Shown here piece after piece: positions 63,491 through 64,000 of a DNA stretch of 64,000 bases (position 1 is its first letter; each line of letters opens with the position of its first letter). The notes under the pieces were generated by a model. The model was not told the DNA's origin, searched no databases, and was given only the letters and a program-made list of their open reading frames with translations. Source of the DNA: Solirubrobacterales bacterium. Its GTDB lineage: Bacteria > Actinomycetota > Thermoleophilia > Solirubrobacterales > 70-9. Location of the stretch: assembly GCA_036525295.1 (NCBI GenBank), contig DATDAQ010000069.1, positions 674 to 64,673 on the forward strand. Reading direction: 5' to 3'. A program made the translations under genes and the position numbers.

Positions 63491-64000
63491 TTAGGGAGAG
63501 GCGGCGAGCAGGCCGAGTGGGTGGCGCGCTCGGAAGCCACCGGTCGGCCGCATCTCTTCGCTCCATCCGGGGCCGTGCCCGTCAGCTTCGGTGGTGGAAG
63601 ACGTGTCCCAGCGCAGGCCGGCGATCACAGCGAAGACGTGGTCGTGACTGGCGTAGATCCGGACCCAGCTGCCGGCGCCGCCCGCGCCCCAGCGCATGAA
63701 GCCGCGAGAATCGAGGGGCGAGTCGAGCAGCCCGGCCGCGTGCATCACGTAGCTGACCGAGCCCGAGCAGTCATAGCCCCGCGAGCGCCAGCCCCGGTGA
63801 CCGCCGCCCCACACGTAGGGGCGGTGTCGGATCCGGTTTGCCGCCTGGATCATCGCGTCGACCGCCGGTGGCGCCGAAGGGGGTGCCACCGCGCGCCCGC
63901 TGGGCAGCAGCGTCGCCTGCGGCACCGCGGCGCTCGCGCCTGACGCCGGCACCAGCAGGCACGCGCACGCGGTGAACAAAATCATCCCCCGTCGAAGCAT
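63491..64000 (-). CDS. Secreted NlpC/P60-like cell-wall hydrolase
   Basis: Signal peptide, then RPYVWGGGH...GYDCSGSVSYVMH (C40 catalytic Cys context). The ATG coincides with the last 3 nt of the window, so the true start could lie beyond it. Confidence 0.7.
   Translation of the reverse strand: MLRRGMILFTACACLLVPASGASAAVPQATLLPSGRAVAPPSAPPAVDAMIQAANRIRHRPYVWGGGHRGWRSRGYDCSGSVSYVMHAAGLLDSPLDSRGFMRWGAGGAGSWVRIYASHDHVFAVIAGLRWDTSSTTEADGHGPGWSEEMRPTGGFRARHPLGLLAASP

Noticed and set aside
1-64000. A search for tRNA, rRNA, tmRNA or RNase P genes and for transposase or integrase genes.
   Set aside because: I saw no T-loop-like GGTTCGAATCC-type strings in non-coding gaps, no long untranslatable conserved-looking stretches, and no DDE or tyrosine-recombinase-like ORFs. 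This was a by-eye scan only, so small RNAs cannot be excluded.

Overview
This is a GC-rich (about 70% by eye), gene-dense chromosomal segment of actinobacterial type. It has mIHF, YrbE/Mkl, type III glutamine synthetase, many GTG starts and many 4-nt start/stop overlaps. A Thermoleophilia/Rubrobacteria-like Actinomycetota origin is only an inference. I can support about 60 protein-coding genes. I found no rRNA, tRNA, CRISPR array, transposase or integrase. Housekeeping or recognisable genes include metH, an aldehyde dehydrogenase, a PQQ-type sugar dehydrogenase, a YrbE-YrbE-Mkl ABC module, mihF, an alpha-oxoamine synthase and an AlkA-like glycosylase. Others are a PAS-GAF-GGDEF-EAL protein, an NMT1/THI5-type ABC importer, TauE plus Rrf2, MoxR plus VWA, two CaCA exchangers, bcp and an acyl-CoA dehydrogenase. 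The list continues with typA, cspA, an S8 protease, recD2, three VapBC toxin-antitoxin pairs, rlmN, a P450, glnN and an NlpC/P60 hydrolase. The standout region is 1-9.8 kb. Two very large, translationally coupled secreted proteins are followed by a head-to-tail array of five paralogous genes for about 200-aa, signal-peptide-bearing, 8-cysteine proteins of no family I recognise. Three consecutive units of the array have an exact 844-bp period. Each unit carries a near-identical GC-rich leader with a perfect 12-bp-stem hairpin and nested stems in front of the Shine-Dalgarno sequence. The mature-domain coding parts are strikingly AT-shifted. By manual count they hold about 75 in-frame TTA leucine codons (12-17 per gene), at positions conserved across the paralogs, with none in the signal peptides. 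I consider this the best candidate for an undescribed, possibly rare-tRNA-gated or xenogeneically silenced, secreted-protein system.
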